Source of the DNA: Coniocarpon cinnabarinum
Lineage: Eukaryota
Reading direction: 5' to 3'
Assembly (NCBI GenBank): GCA_051942205.1
Contig: JAVECO010000027.1
Span: forward strand, 62,001-126,000
DNA: 64,000 nt
Below, in pieces: positions 22,793-33,232 of this stretch. How positions within the stretch are numbered: the stretch's first letter is position 1; the number at the start of each line of letters is the position of its first letter. The notes beneath the pieces are model-generated. The model had not been told where the DNA came from and searched no databases. It was given only the letters and a program-made list of their open reading frames with translations. Made by a program: the position numbers and the translations under genes.

Positions 22793-23804
22793 GATGCCGG
22801 TTGAAAATGCGACACTCGAGGGAGGAGTCAAGAATCTTGGCGCGATGGAAGAAGCTCTCTAGAGTCGGCAAGAGAGAGCTTGGGAAAGTTGATGCAGTCG
22901 CGGCGGTGTGAACGAACACGCCAATTGAAGCAAGGTCAAAAACCGCGGAGCTCGATCGATGACTTGGATGCTGGGAATGCGACTGCAGAGCAAGAAGAGA
23001 GAGAGCTCGCAGCAGGAGAAACGGGTGCCGGGTTTTGTTGATTACTTGGGGGAAAGGAAAGGCGCGGGGAGGCGCTCGGACCGCCCCAATTCGGTGGAGT
23101 GTCTGAGCGCTGAGCAATTTTTCGATTCGGGCTTATGCTTGGGACACTCTTGGCGCACTAGTAACATGGAACTGTCTCATTCTCCGGGATTGGATGACGC
23201 ACCGAGTCTTGGAATACTACGAAGCTTCTTGGACAGGCTGGATTTCACGTGAGGCTCACAAGACTACCTATGCAAAAGGATGAAGAATACGTAGTGCCTG
23301 TAGGGCAGTTGTGGAATTCTCAATGGAAGGAGTATCCTTGATCCTCTCGCCCGCCGAGCTTTCCGAGCGGCGCGAGTGTCCGTAGCGACGTCATTTCGCA
23401 CCGCTGACACCGTCACACTGTCAGCCGCTCGTCACGTGCTGCCAAACATAATTAGATGCACTTGTAAATGCTCATACGCTCTCCTTTGACCGCAAGGGCC
23501 TCGTAGAAGAGTACTTAGCTCACTTTAATTCAGCGTCTTATGAGATGCAAAAGGCTCGAGCCATTGTACTTATGGCTTTGCGACCCGAATTGTTTGTACT
23601 GCATCGGCTCGTCGGCTGGGGTGAAATCCGGCAACGACTGCAGTGCCGAGCCCGTATGTTAAGGAGATTTTGGACCATGAAACAATGGATACAGTAGCGA
23701 AAGCCCACTTCCCCTCGAAAGACGTTGATTTATCGTCCGGCAAGTACTCGCTAGTCACTTGTCACACTAGCACAACACCATGAGCTCGTTTCGCCAAATA
23801 TCTC

Positions 23805-24778
23805 CTAGTATCTCCCTGCCGACAACGATACACCACTGTCAGCCACCATGGCCTCTCCATTTACGAAGCTTGCTGCAGGACTTGCAAGGAAGTGTGCAAG
23901 CCCGCCGATCTCCTCAACTGTTGCGGCACGTCCCAATGGCATTGCTTTCTTGATCAACCCGGCTAACTCAAGGGCTCTCTTATGCTCCCTCTGCAGCAGA
24001 GGCGTATCAGTGAAGCCCGGGCACAGAGCGTTGACACGGACGCCATCCCTTCCACCCTCCATTGCTGTTGAAGGATTAGGTCAGTCTTTCACTCGCTGTG
24101 CCCTGGTAGGCCTGGTAGAGAGCGCTTTCAAGGATTGTTGAGGCTTACCTGCACACTTAGTGATGCCTGTCGCCGCGAATTTACTGGACGTGTATGTCAC
24201 CGATCCTGGCCACCCAACAAGACCTGAGAGCGAGATGAGGTTGACAATAGCACCCTTGCCGATACTCCGCCGGCCGCTACGACCCTCGACGTACTGCTCG
24301 TCCTGCGCGTGCATCTGCTTCATTACAACCTTAAGACAATTCAGAGTGCCTTTGGTGTTGACGTTGTGCAGCGCGTCGAACTCTTCGAGATCGACTTCCG
24401 TGATCAACGTATCGTGCGATCTGGCTACGCCGGCGCTGTTGATGAAATAATCGATGCGACCAAAATGCTGCACGGTTTCCGAAACCATGCGCTCAACAGA
24501 AGCAAGGTCTGTCACATCCACCGTGATTGCCATTGTTTTGTAGTCGGGGGCTTTTGCTATCTTTTTGCTGCGTTCTGAGCCTTCTTCTGCCGCATCGCTG
24601 ACTTTGTCTGCAAAGACGACACCTTGTGCTCCACGCTCGGCGAACTGCAAGCCAGTCTCAAGACCAATGCCGCTACCTGACGCGTTTTCAGCAACATCGC
24701 ACGGTTTGCCCGCAGGGCAAGTTGAATTGTAGACTTACCTGCTCCGACAACAAGAGCAAAGCCATCTGCGTCCATCAT
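23805..24778 (-). CDS. Classical short-chain dehydrogenase/reductase
   Basis: Spliced VGAGSGIG, INSAG, YTSSK, VRVNALCPGFTDTPL and SFVNG motifs. Exons 24778-24739, 24676-24149, 24064-23805. Confidence 0.92.
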
Positions 24779-25930
24779 GTATGACGAGGCCACGGGCTTG
24801 AGGTTTCAGTCGACTTTTGCTGCGTGTGCGCAGAGAGGCCGGAGGCTCGCGGATGAGAGAACCTTGGTGTGCTTCGCGGGGCGAAGGTATCGTAGGATAG
24901 TATTTGCCGCGCTACAATTCAGTCGCTTACAACTTATAAAGAGCTATCGCCGTTGTACTCGCGGCCCAGCGACCTTAAATGATCTTATTGTGCAGGCTCC
25001 TCGCCTTGACTGAGACTCGGCAACGACCTTTTTCCCGGGACCCTTGCGGGCATCTATCTCCTTTCTGCCTTGCTGCGCCGCATGTGAGCATCGCAGCAAG
25101 CTTAGCTTTTTAATCTCGGAGTCATCTCTGCTATGCCTTCTCGACCCGAGTCCCCGCCGAAAGAGCTTGAACAACGCGGCCGCGACTCCAGTTCATGAGA
25201 TGCAGGGCCACTTTAGCAGACGTGCACGCTTCAGGTGCGTCTCTGGACAGATTGCGGAAGACCACAGATGCTGGCCAAGCATTAGGGGCGTCGCTGCATC
25301 ATGATTGAATGCCGGGATCGATCATGTTCTCCCTCAGCTGGGGGCAGTACCTGCCACGGTCAGAACAAGGGATAGACTCACTCGTCTGTCACCCATCAAG
25401 ATAGTAAAAACGCACAGTAAATGAGACTGATCTGTGCTGCTGCCGTTCAATGAAGTGTTCAAATTCGCCTACAAAGCGCCTTGTCCAAGTACTGAAGCTT
25501 GGGCTGTCTCCAACTTACCCCCGATTCATTAATCCATCAATCGTGAAATCCATGTAGTCAGGTATACTCTATGGATGTCGAGACACGGGAATCTCTCGCG
25601 TTGCTTCCCTGGCGGAAGACTATACAGCATCCCGACATGAGGATCAGACAGGGCAGAAAAGAGCGGTCAACGTCAGACCTTTCTACTTTTACCGCCTTGA
25701 CCGCTCAGTCGCCCTCGTGACACGTACTCAACCAAAACGCACCCTCTCCACGCATGAGACAGGGATAACATCTCTATTTCATACACATGCTTCTCATTGC
25801 CTTAGGTATCTCTCAGGCATCTCTTCCGCTCGTGGCTCACCTAATATATCTCATCATCTGCCTTCAACTTCTTCCCCTTTCACTCTTCTCCCCTTGTGCT
25901 CAACAGTCGATAGACATTGACACAAGCAAA

Positions 25931-26482
25931 ATGGCTTCACGCACCAATGCCGCAGCAACTCCATCACTTGAGACCCTCCTAGCTTTGCGTTCTCAAAAAC
26001 TTGACGAGTTCATCCGACTTGCTGATTTGTCTCTTCCTCCCTCTTCTGATGAACAATCAATCTCAACACGCTCTCCGTCCTCGACAACCGTGCCGCAACT
26101 AAACCCACAACCAGCACCGCACACAAATCCCTCACCTGATCCTCCAAGTCTTCTCACCATGCCCTCAATGGCAGCACATTCCCGTCCCTTACTCCACTCA
26201 GAAACTGAACCAAGATCGCGCCAATTCGCAACTCAAACTCCCAACACCTCAACCACCCATCCAGTCCGAGTAACCCCTCACCCACAGCCTAGTGCAGAAG
26301 ACGCCCGACTCAAACCCGCCCTCCAAAAGGCGAACCAAATAATCCAAACCCACATCAAATTGCTGCATGAATACAACGCCATCCGCGATGCCGCCCTCGG
26401 AATGATGGAGTTGGAATGTGAACGACGGAATGTCCGATTAGGTGAGGTGATGGAGGAGTTGGGGGTGGGCAAAGATGAGTGA
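25931..26482 (+). CDS. swi5: Swi5/Sae3 DNA-repair (recombination mediator) family protein
   Basis: C-terminal HIKLLHEYNAIRDAALGMMELECERRNVRLGEVMEELGV matches the Swi5 domain pattern; low-complexity N-terminal linker. ATG 25931 in AAAATGG context. Confidence 0.85.
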   Translation: MASRTNAAATPSLETLLALRSQKLDEFIRLADLSLPPSSDEQSISTRSPSSTTVPQLNPQPAPHTNPSPDPPSLLTMPSMAAHSRPLLHSETEPRSRQFATQTPNTSTTHPVRVTPHPQPSAEDARLKPALQKANQIIQTHIKLLHEYNAIRDAALGMMELECERRNVRLGEVMEELGVGKDE

Positions 26483-27256
26483 TCGCTCCTTTTCTGAGGA
26501 GAGGTCGGGCGTGGGCTTGGAGGGGGGAATGGGTACATCGGGTTAGATGGGGGTTAGATGGGGGTATGATGGGGACGTGAAGACTATAGACGTCGATGCT
26601 GTGATAAGGCGGGCGGAACGTAAAGAACAGAGCAAATCCGACTGGAACGAGTGAATTGTTGAGTGGACTTCAGACGCATCACGCGAGGATTCGACGATGA
26701 GTTGCACGTGAAGTGACTCCTACCAAAAGCCAGTCATCCAATGCAATGCGCAAGCTCATCGTCTGAAGGTCGCTTCGGTTTTCCGAATTCCTCGGAGTGT
26801 TGATCAAGGAGTGTGGAGAGTGAAAGCTCCTCATCTGCAGTTTGCTCTCAGCTCCTCCACACATCAAGTGAATGTGCCAGTTCATCCACTGTAATGACAC
26901 TCACCGATAGAAGAATACGCATTAAGAGACAAGGAGAAATTAGAGATGGCATCTGAGCCGAGTCCGAGAGGCAGCTCAACACCTTTGCTGCCACTGACAG
27001 CGAAAGAAAAACCTGTTCCTATTCATCTTTCTAGATGACCTGTCCACTGCTTCCTCTCGAAGCTTTGTATTGTACATAATAGTCATACCATCATATCACA
27101 TGTAAACACGATTTTCTTTTTGACCCTAACCAGCCAAGTCGCCCATCAACTCTGGCGGTCAACGCCCCCAAAATGAGTCTGGTTCCCAAGGAAAAAGACC
27201 AGAAAACGCCAAGACCTTCCCGTCCCTCCCGCCTCTCAAGCAAGGACCCGAGAGGC

Positions 27257-30200
27257 TCACCCATTCCGCGCCAAACTCTGCATCTGCACGAGCTCAAAAT
27301 ATCGTCCCTTCCTCGCCAAAAGCTGCTGATGCTTCCCGCTCTCGACAATTCTTCCCCCCTCAAACACATAAATCCGATCAGCGCGCTGGATCGTACTGAG
27401 ACGATGCGCGACTGCGATGGTGGTACGTCCTTTCGCAGCTTCGTCGAGCGCCGCTTGGACGATTTTCTCGCTTTCGCTGTCGAGGGCCGAGGTCGCTTCG
27501 TCCAGTAAAAGCACTTTGGGGTTGCGAATGAGGGCGCGCGCGATGGCAATGCGCTGTTTTTGACCGCCGGACAGCATGACGCCTTTGTTGCCGAGTTGAG
27601 TGCTCAGACCGTCGGGGAGGGAACTGACAAAGGTCCAGATGTTGGCGTTGCGGCAGGCGCGCTCAATGTCGCGGTCGGAGACTTGACTCGGGTCGATCGC
27701 CGAGCCGAGGAGAATGTTGTCTTTGATGGTGCCCTGGTAGAGCGTCGGCTCCTGGGAGACGAGCGCAATGTGCTTGCGGTATTGATTGATGTTTAGCTCG
27801 GCGACGTTCTGACCGTCGAGCAGCACCGCGCCAGAATGTGGGTCGTAGAAGCGTTCGATGAGGCCGATGCTAGTACTTTTCCCGCAGCCACTCGCGCCAA
27901 CAAGAGCAACGTACTCGCCTGGCTTTACTGTGAGGTCGACGCCTCGCAACACGCGCACTGCAGGTCGAGTAGGATACCGGAAGTGGACGTCTCGAAATTC
28001 GATCTGGCCCTGGACGTGTGGTACCGCTGCCCCTTCTTGAGACCACGTGTCGATCAGAGGTTGCCGGTCGAACAACCTCTTCAGAGCGACAGCAGCGTTG
28101 CGCGCCTTGCTCATGTCAGGTGCAAACGAGAAGATGGTGCCGGCTGACTGAGCACCAAAGATGACTGCAGAAAAGCAAAGGAAGAATTGAAACAGGTCGT
28201 ATTCGCCGCTGGCAATGAGCTTGCCACCATACCAGAAACCCAAGGCCATGCAACAGAACATAAGTGACTGGGAAGACGCGTACAGGATCGACGATCTCGA
28301 AACCGATTTCAGGGAGCGCTTGCCTTGGGCTTCCAGCTGTGAATGGTAAACATTCCAGACATCCTGTTCGCGAGTCAATGAAGCCACCGTCCGAATGGCT
28401 GAGGTGGCTTCGCACGCATAGGATGCGCTCTTCTCGTAGGATTTCTTCGACCGCGCTGCGAATTTGTTGAGGACATAGAAGCGGAAAAAGCCACAGCCAA
28501 GCAATATGGGTACAGTCGAAATCGTCACGAGTGCCAGCTTCCATCCAATGGCAATGGATACCGTAAACGCTGCAATCAGTGTCGTTGTGACGTTCAGTAT
28601 GGTGCCGAGCGTCACTCCACTGAGACCGGCCACATTGGTTGTTTCAGTGCTCAAAAAGGTGGTCAACGCTCCAGCCGTGTTCTCGTCCTTGTCATAGAAA
28701 GATATATCCTGTCGAAGCATGGAGCGGAACGCCCGATCTCTCGCACGGTACACCATTTTCTCGGAGCACAGTGCAAAGGCAACTCCAGAAGTCGAAAAGG
28801 AAAGGAGCATCACCAGTCCCAGCATGAGATACATCCAACACCAATAGTTGATATCAGATCGAAGCTCGGCATATTGGGTTGGAGGTCGCGACATGGCCAC
28901 GATGGACTTTGCAAAGAATATACTTTGAACTGGCTGACCACCACCCGAAACGATGGAGGCCCCCAGCCCTATGAGCATCAAGTGCCATTCTTGCTTGTTC
29001 ATGCTCGCGATGGTCTTGATCAATGTCCACAGACCATAGTCTTGGTCCTTCTTGGACTGGCGCGCTTCCATTGCGGATGGAGAGATGGAAGCCATGCTTT
29101 GTGTTCTGGTCGCACGCAATTGGCTTCGCCGACTCTGTGTTGTCTTGATTTTTGTGAAGCCTGCGTCGACCTCCTCATCGTCGGAATCATCGCTCCAGGC
29201 GCTATTCTCACGCTCCTTCTGCTTGGCCGCGTTGATTTGTTGCGCCTCGACAAGCGTGGCATAGGTCCCACCCTGCTCTAGCAGCTGATCATGGGTCCCT
29301 TGCTCGACAATCCTGCCTAGGCCCATGACCACGATGTTGTCGGCATGCCGAATGGTACTCAGACGATGTGCAACAACGATTGTAGTTCTGCCAATGGATG
29401 CTTTGTCCAGCGCGGCTTGTACGATCCCTTCAGACTTGGTATCCAACGCACTGGTGGCTTCATCGAGTAGCAATATCTTGGGATCCGACACGATCGCCCG
29501 CGCAATGGCAATGCGCTGTTTCTGTCCGCCAGAAAGCAGGAAACCACGCTCACCGACATTCGTTTCGTATCCTTCCGGCAATTCTTCAATGAAAGTGTGG
29601 GCGTTCGCCATTCTTGCAGCTTCTGTCACGCGAATGACCTTCTTGACGCTGTCATCTCTTTCGTATTCTGTGCCAATCAATCCGTGGGCAATGTTGTTGA
29701 AAATGGTGGTACTGAACAGCGTCGGCTCCTGGCTCACGAGGGATATTTGTTGTCGAAGGAACTTCACGTTCAGATCTTGGACGTTAGTGTGATCAAGGAA
29801 CACTGCTCCTCCCACTGGGTCATACAGCCGAAGAGCGAGACCGACAATGGTGCTCTTGCCACTGCCAGATGAACCCACGAGTGCCGTCGTCTTTCCCGCG
29901 GGGATGTCAAGGCTACAATCCTCCATGACCACAACTTCGGGCCGGGACGGGTAGATATGTTTGACATTGCGCAAAGCAAGAGACCCTTCCACATGTGCGA
30001 GACGTTTGCCTGCAGGGTCACTGGGGTCGATAGGCGACTTCCTGTCGATTGTCACAAAGACTTTCTTTCCAGCTGCTATTGCGCCGTGAAACGCCTGGAT
30101 ATTGGGAGCGACATTGCCCAATGAGAAGGCGCCGATCATGATTGCCAAGAGGGTTGTAAGTATATTCTGCAATGTGACGCCGCCTTGACCAGACACCAGA

Positions 30201-31474
30201 AATTTGCTGCCTTGCCAGAATGCCAGACCGTAGTTGAGATTGATGACACACATCATGCCGCCAAGCATGAGGCCCAGCAGAGACTTGTGTCGCTTTCCCC
30301 AATACATTGCAGCCTCAAGATAAGCGTCATACTGACTGGCCAGCTTATCTTGGGTGCCAAACGCCACTGCGTTCCGGATCGAGGACAACACCTCTTCAGC
30401 AACAGTGCCACCCAAAGCATACGACTCGATCGCGCTTTGAGTCCATTTCTTGATCGAGCCACCTCCACTGCCCATGATGACCGTGATGGCGACGACCGTG
30501 GAGGACAGAATAAGGGCCAGCAGCCAATACTGAATGTAGCCGATGATGAATGCAGTGACAAAAGTAGCAACGGCCGTGAGAGTAAGTCCAATCTTCTCGG
30601 AAATACCATCTTGAACAGCATTCATATCGGCTGTGATGCGTGTGGTGATCTCGCCCGCACCTAGCTTGTCGAAGAATCCGACATTTTGTCGCAAGATGGC
30701 AGCAAGATACTGCTCACGAATCTTCTGTGTCACGTGCTCACCGACGTAGATGAAGCCCACGGTAGAAACGTAAACGGTCACAAATTCGCCAATTGCCAGA
30801 TATACATAATATAGCGTGGTGTGATTCAGCGTATGAGTAAACTGATCGCCATTCACAGTGCCATTAAAATAATCCTGAAACGAAGATGCAAGTGATCCAA
30901 AGATGATGGTCATGAGCGGCAAGACAGCTCCAGCCGCGGTTGCGCAGGCGGCGCTGATGAATAGGATGAGTAGGTCATTACGCGTGGCATACCGGAACAG
31001 CGTGAAGAAGGTAACCTTGGTTTCTTGGGCTTCAATCTGTCGTTTGAGGATGGCACGTTCATTCTCAGGAAGACGATCCAATGGATCAAAGCCCTTCTTC
31101 TCGTCCTCGTCCTTTTTCTTCTCGTCTTTCTTGGACTTCTTCCGGCTGGGATGTCGGGCGGACTTCTCGACCTCGAAGGATTTGTCATTGAAGTCATCGG
31201 ACGAGGAACTTGACCTTCCAGGCTCCGGATGAGGTTGACGTGGGGTGGCAAAGAAATTGGCACTTTCTCGATCCGCTGGCAGTGGTGGCAGTTCTTTGGT
31301 GGCAAGATAGTGAGGATCAGAGGGGTCACTGGGCTGTCGTCGAAGATGAGCAGGCGCAAAAGTTTCTGGTGGCGTGTCTACAGGAAATGGACCAGAGCTG
31401 TATGTGCTCTCACTAATCGGCCGGTCCTCGAAGTCCTTGTGGGTGGTGGAGGGCGTGAGGACGTAGTGAGCCAT
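27257..31474 (-). CDS. mdr1: Full-length ABCB multidrug transporter (MDR1/AtrD type), intronless
   Basis: 1405-aa ORF with TMD-NBD-TMD-NBD layout. Walker A GSSGSGKST and GASGCGKST; LSGGQKQRIA signature and LLLDEATSALD in both halves. Confidence 0.96.
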   Translation of the reverse strand: MAHYVLTPSTTHKDFEDRPISESTYSSGPFPVDTPPETFAPAHLRRQPSDPSDPHYLATKELPPLPADRESANFFATPRQPHPEPGRSSSSSDDFNDKSFEVEKSARHPSRKKSKKDEKKKDEDEKKGFDPLDRLPENERAILKRQIEAQETKVTFFTLFRYATRNDLLILFISAACATAAGAVLPLMTIIFGSLASSFQDYFNGTVNGDQFTHTLNHTTLYYVYLAIGEFVTVYVSTVGFIYVGEHVTQKIREQYLAAILRQNVGFFDKLGAGEITTRITADMNAVQDGISEKIGLTLTAVATFVTAFIIGYIQYWLLALILSSTVVAITVIMGSGGGSIKKWTQSAIESYALGGTVAEEVLSSIRNAVAFGTQDKLASQYDAYLEAAMYWGKRHKSLLGLMLGGMMCVINLNYGLAFWQGSKFLVSGQGGVTLQNILTTLLAIMIGAFSLGNVAPNIQAFHGAIAAGKKVFVTIDRKSPIDPSDPAGKRLAHVEGSLALRNVKHIYPSRPEVVVMEDCSLDIPAGKTTALVGSSGSGKSTIVGLALRLYDPVGGAVFLDHTNVQDLNVKFLRQQISLVSQEPTLFSTTIFNNIAHGLIGTEYERDDSVKKVIRVTEAARMANAHTFIEELPEGYETNVGERGFLLSGGQKQRIAIARAIVSDPKILLLDEATSALDTKSEGIVQAALDKASIGRTTIVVAHRLSTIRHADNIVVMGLGRIVEQGTHDQLLEQGGTYATLVEAQQINAAKQKERENSAWSDDSDDEEVDAGFTKIKTTQSRRSQLRATRTQSMASISPSAMEARQSKKDQDYGLWTLIKTIASMNKQEWHLMLIGLGASIVSGGGQPVQSIFFAKSIVAMSRPPTQYAELRSDINYWCWMYLMLGLVMLLSFSTSGVAFALCSEKMVYRARDRAFRSMLRQDISFYDKDENTAGALTTFLSTETTNVAGLSGVTLGTILNVTTTLIAAFTVSIAIGWKLALVTISTVPILLGCGFFRFYVLNKFAARSKKSYEKSASYACEATSAIRTVASLTREQDVWNVYHSQLEAQGKRSLKSVSRSSILYASSQSLMFCCMALGFWYGGKLIASGEYDLFQFFLCFSAVIFGAQSAGTIFSFAPDMSKARNAAVALKRLFDRQPLIDTWSQEGAAVPHVQGQIEFRDVHFRYPTRPAVRVLRGVDLTVKPGEYVALVGASGCGKSTSIGLIERFYDPHSGAVLLDGQNVAELNINQYRKHIALVSQEPTLYQGTIKDNILLGSAIDPSQVSDRDIERACRNANIWTFVSSLPDGLSTQLGNKGVMLSGGQKQRIAIARALIRNPKVLLLDEATSALDSESEKIVQAALDEAAKGRTTIAVAHRLSTIQRADRIYVFEGGRIVESGKHQQLLARKGRYFELVQMQSLARNG

Positions 31475-33232
31475 GGTGTGTGGGCCGGTAAGGGAAAGAC
31501 GGTCATCTAGAATTCATGAACATCTTTATGGACGCGGGCAAGACTTTCAAAGTCGAATGTGTCTGACTGTAACGAAGCGCAGCAGCCTACGAGAAAGCGG
31601 TGAGTCAAGCAGGTGATGCGCAGCAACTGCGTCAACCCGAGACCAGATTAGCAGGACGAGCTGAGCCAGAATGACGGCGGGCTGCGGTGCTGGAGGAGAG
31701 AGAATGCCGCTCGGAGTTGCACAGTGGTGAGCAATTGGCAGCCTGCAAGCCAAGATGGAGCGGATGGTGAAAATCCGACACAGGCAACAGGAATGATGTC
31801 GTCGGTCTTTTGTTCAGATGGAGCAGCAGCCCACGCACTAGTGCCGGCTACGACCAGCATCCGAACACGCAGCAAGTCCAGCGTGCATCCTGCAGCCTTC
31901 TTGCCCGCAGGACCTCGGGAGGTGCTCGCATGCTGGAAAGGGACTGCCGGCTGTCAGTGCGAAACACGGGGCGAAGGAGAGAGTTGTCATGAAGAAACGT
32001 TCGTCAGGATGATGCTGGTCGGGCGTGCTTCAGATTGTTTGTCCTTCGCCGGGCTCCAAAGTCGATCACCCTGTTTCTCTGGTGCGCTAACACCACTAGC
32101 GTCTCTAGTGCGGAGCTAAACTGGGTGCACGGACCGGGATCCCAATGGCCGATTACGCAACTCATTGGACTGCTGTCCCTGTCTAAACCTAATCAGTCAT
32201 CTGTCAGCATTTCTGTACGAGGTTCCATTCGTCCCCTCATGCTTGCCAGCATCTGATTGCGGTGCCGTCGTCGGGAAGCTCTGAGATAAAGGACCTGTTC
32301 CAATGACGTGCAAGGAAGCGATGTGTGGTGTCGCGAGTAGCAATCCACTGACGCTTTGGAGTGCGCCTGCAGGAGGATGCACTTTGTCGCGCACGTGACG
32401 TGTCGATTACGGCGAGTCCAAAGTCGGATTGCACAAGTCGTAGCGCAAAAAAGTGCAATTCCGAAAGCGTTTTCTATCCGGCTTACAGTCAGAGTCTTCG
32501 AGCAGAAGCGTAGTTTGTGTTTTGTTTAAGAATGAGTCCTAGAACGGCGGGTCTCTGGAAAGTCCAGAAACTTCAGGATAGTAGTGCAATACTTACGCCG
32601 TACCTTGGCCTTGGGGGATGCCCGGAAGGCCCGTAGAACATCAATCTCCACCATCGACTGATTCCATTGTTGCATCAGTCCAGGCCGAGATCAGAACCAT
32701 GGCAAGGGCGTGAACAGGGTTTTAATATTGCCTCTATTAAACACCAACGACTGCGAGCAGCGGGGAATTGGCCTGAGGTTTCGCATGCGGTAACCTAGCA
32801 TCTGAATTGACCGAGTCGAACCTGGTTTAAGGTTCGATACCTCGGGGCAATCCAGACTGTGCCGCACAGCTCCGCCCGCGGAACATGAAACCCACGGTCT
32901 TGGTCAGCGAACCTTGTTTCAGAACACGACTTGGCTGTAGACGAAACTTGGAGACGAGACTTGGGTGGGCCTTGAATATCGAAGTTTAGCTTCGCTGGCT
33001 TGTGACTGTCACGTGTTGGTCAAAATCAACGGTCGCGACACGCTTACTTTTGACCAAGTTTTGGCATGCGTAACTCTATACTAAGGTGTGCAGATAGATG
33101 GCACGTGACTTGTCAAGATATTCCTGGACTTGGGACTGCTGTGCTGCAAGTGGTTTCCTTCAGATGCATCCAACGCGTGCTTCGACTCCAAGCCGTACAT
33201 CTTGCAGGAGGTAACATCGCAACATAATTACA

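Noticed and set aside
26539..26575. Interstitial telomeric repeat
   Set aside because: The unit is GGGTTAGATGG in about two copies, not tandem TTAGGG.
32831..32841. tRNA gene suggested by a GGTTCGATACC B-box-like motif
   Set aside because: No cloverleaf, A-box or acceptor stem could be built. The motif is one arm of a local hairpin.
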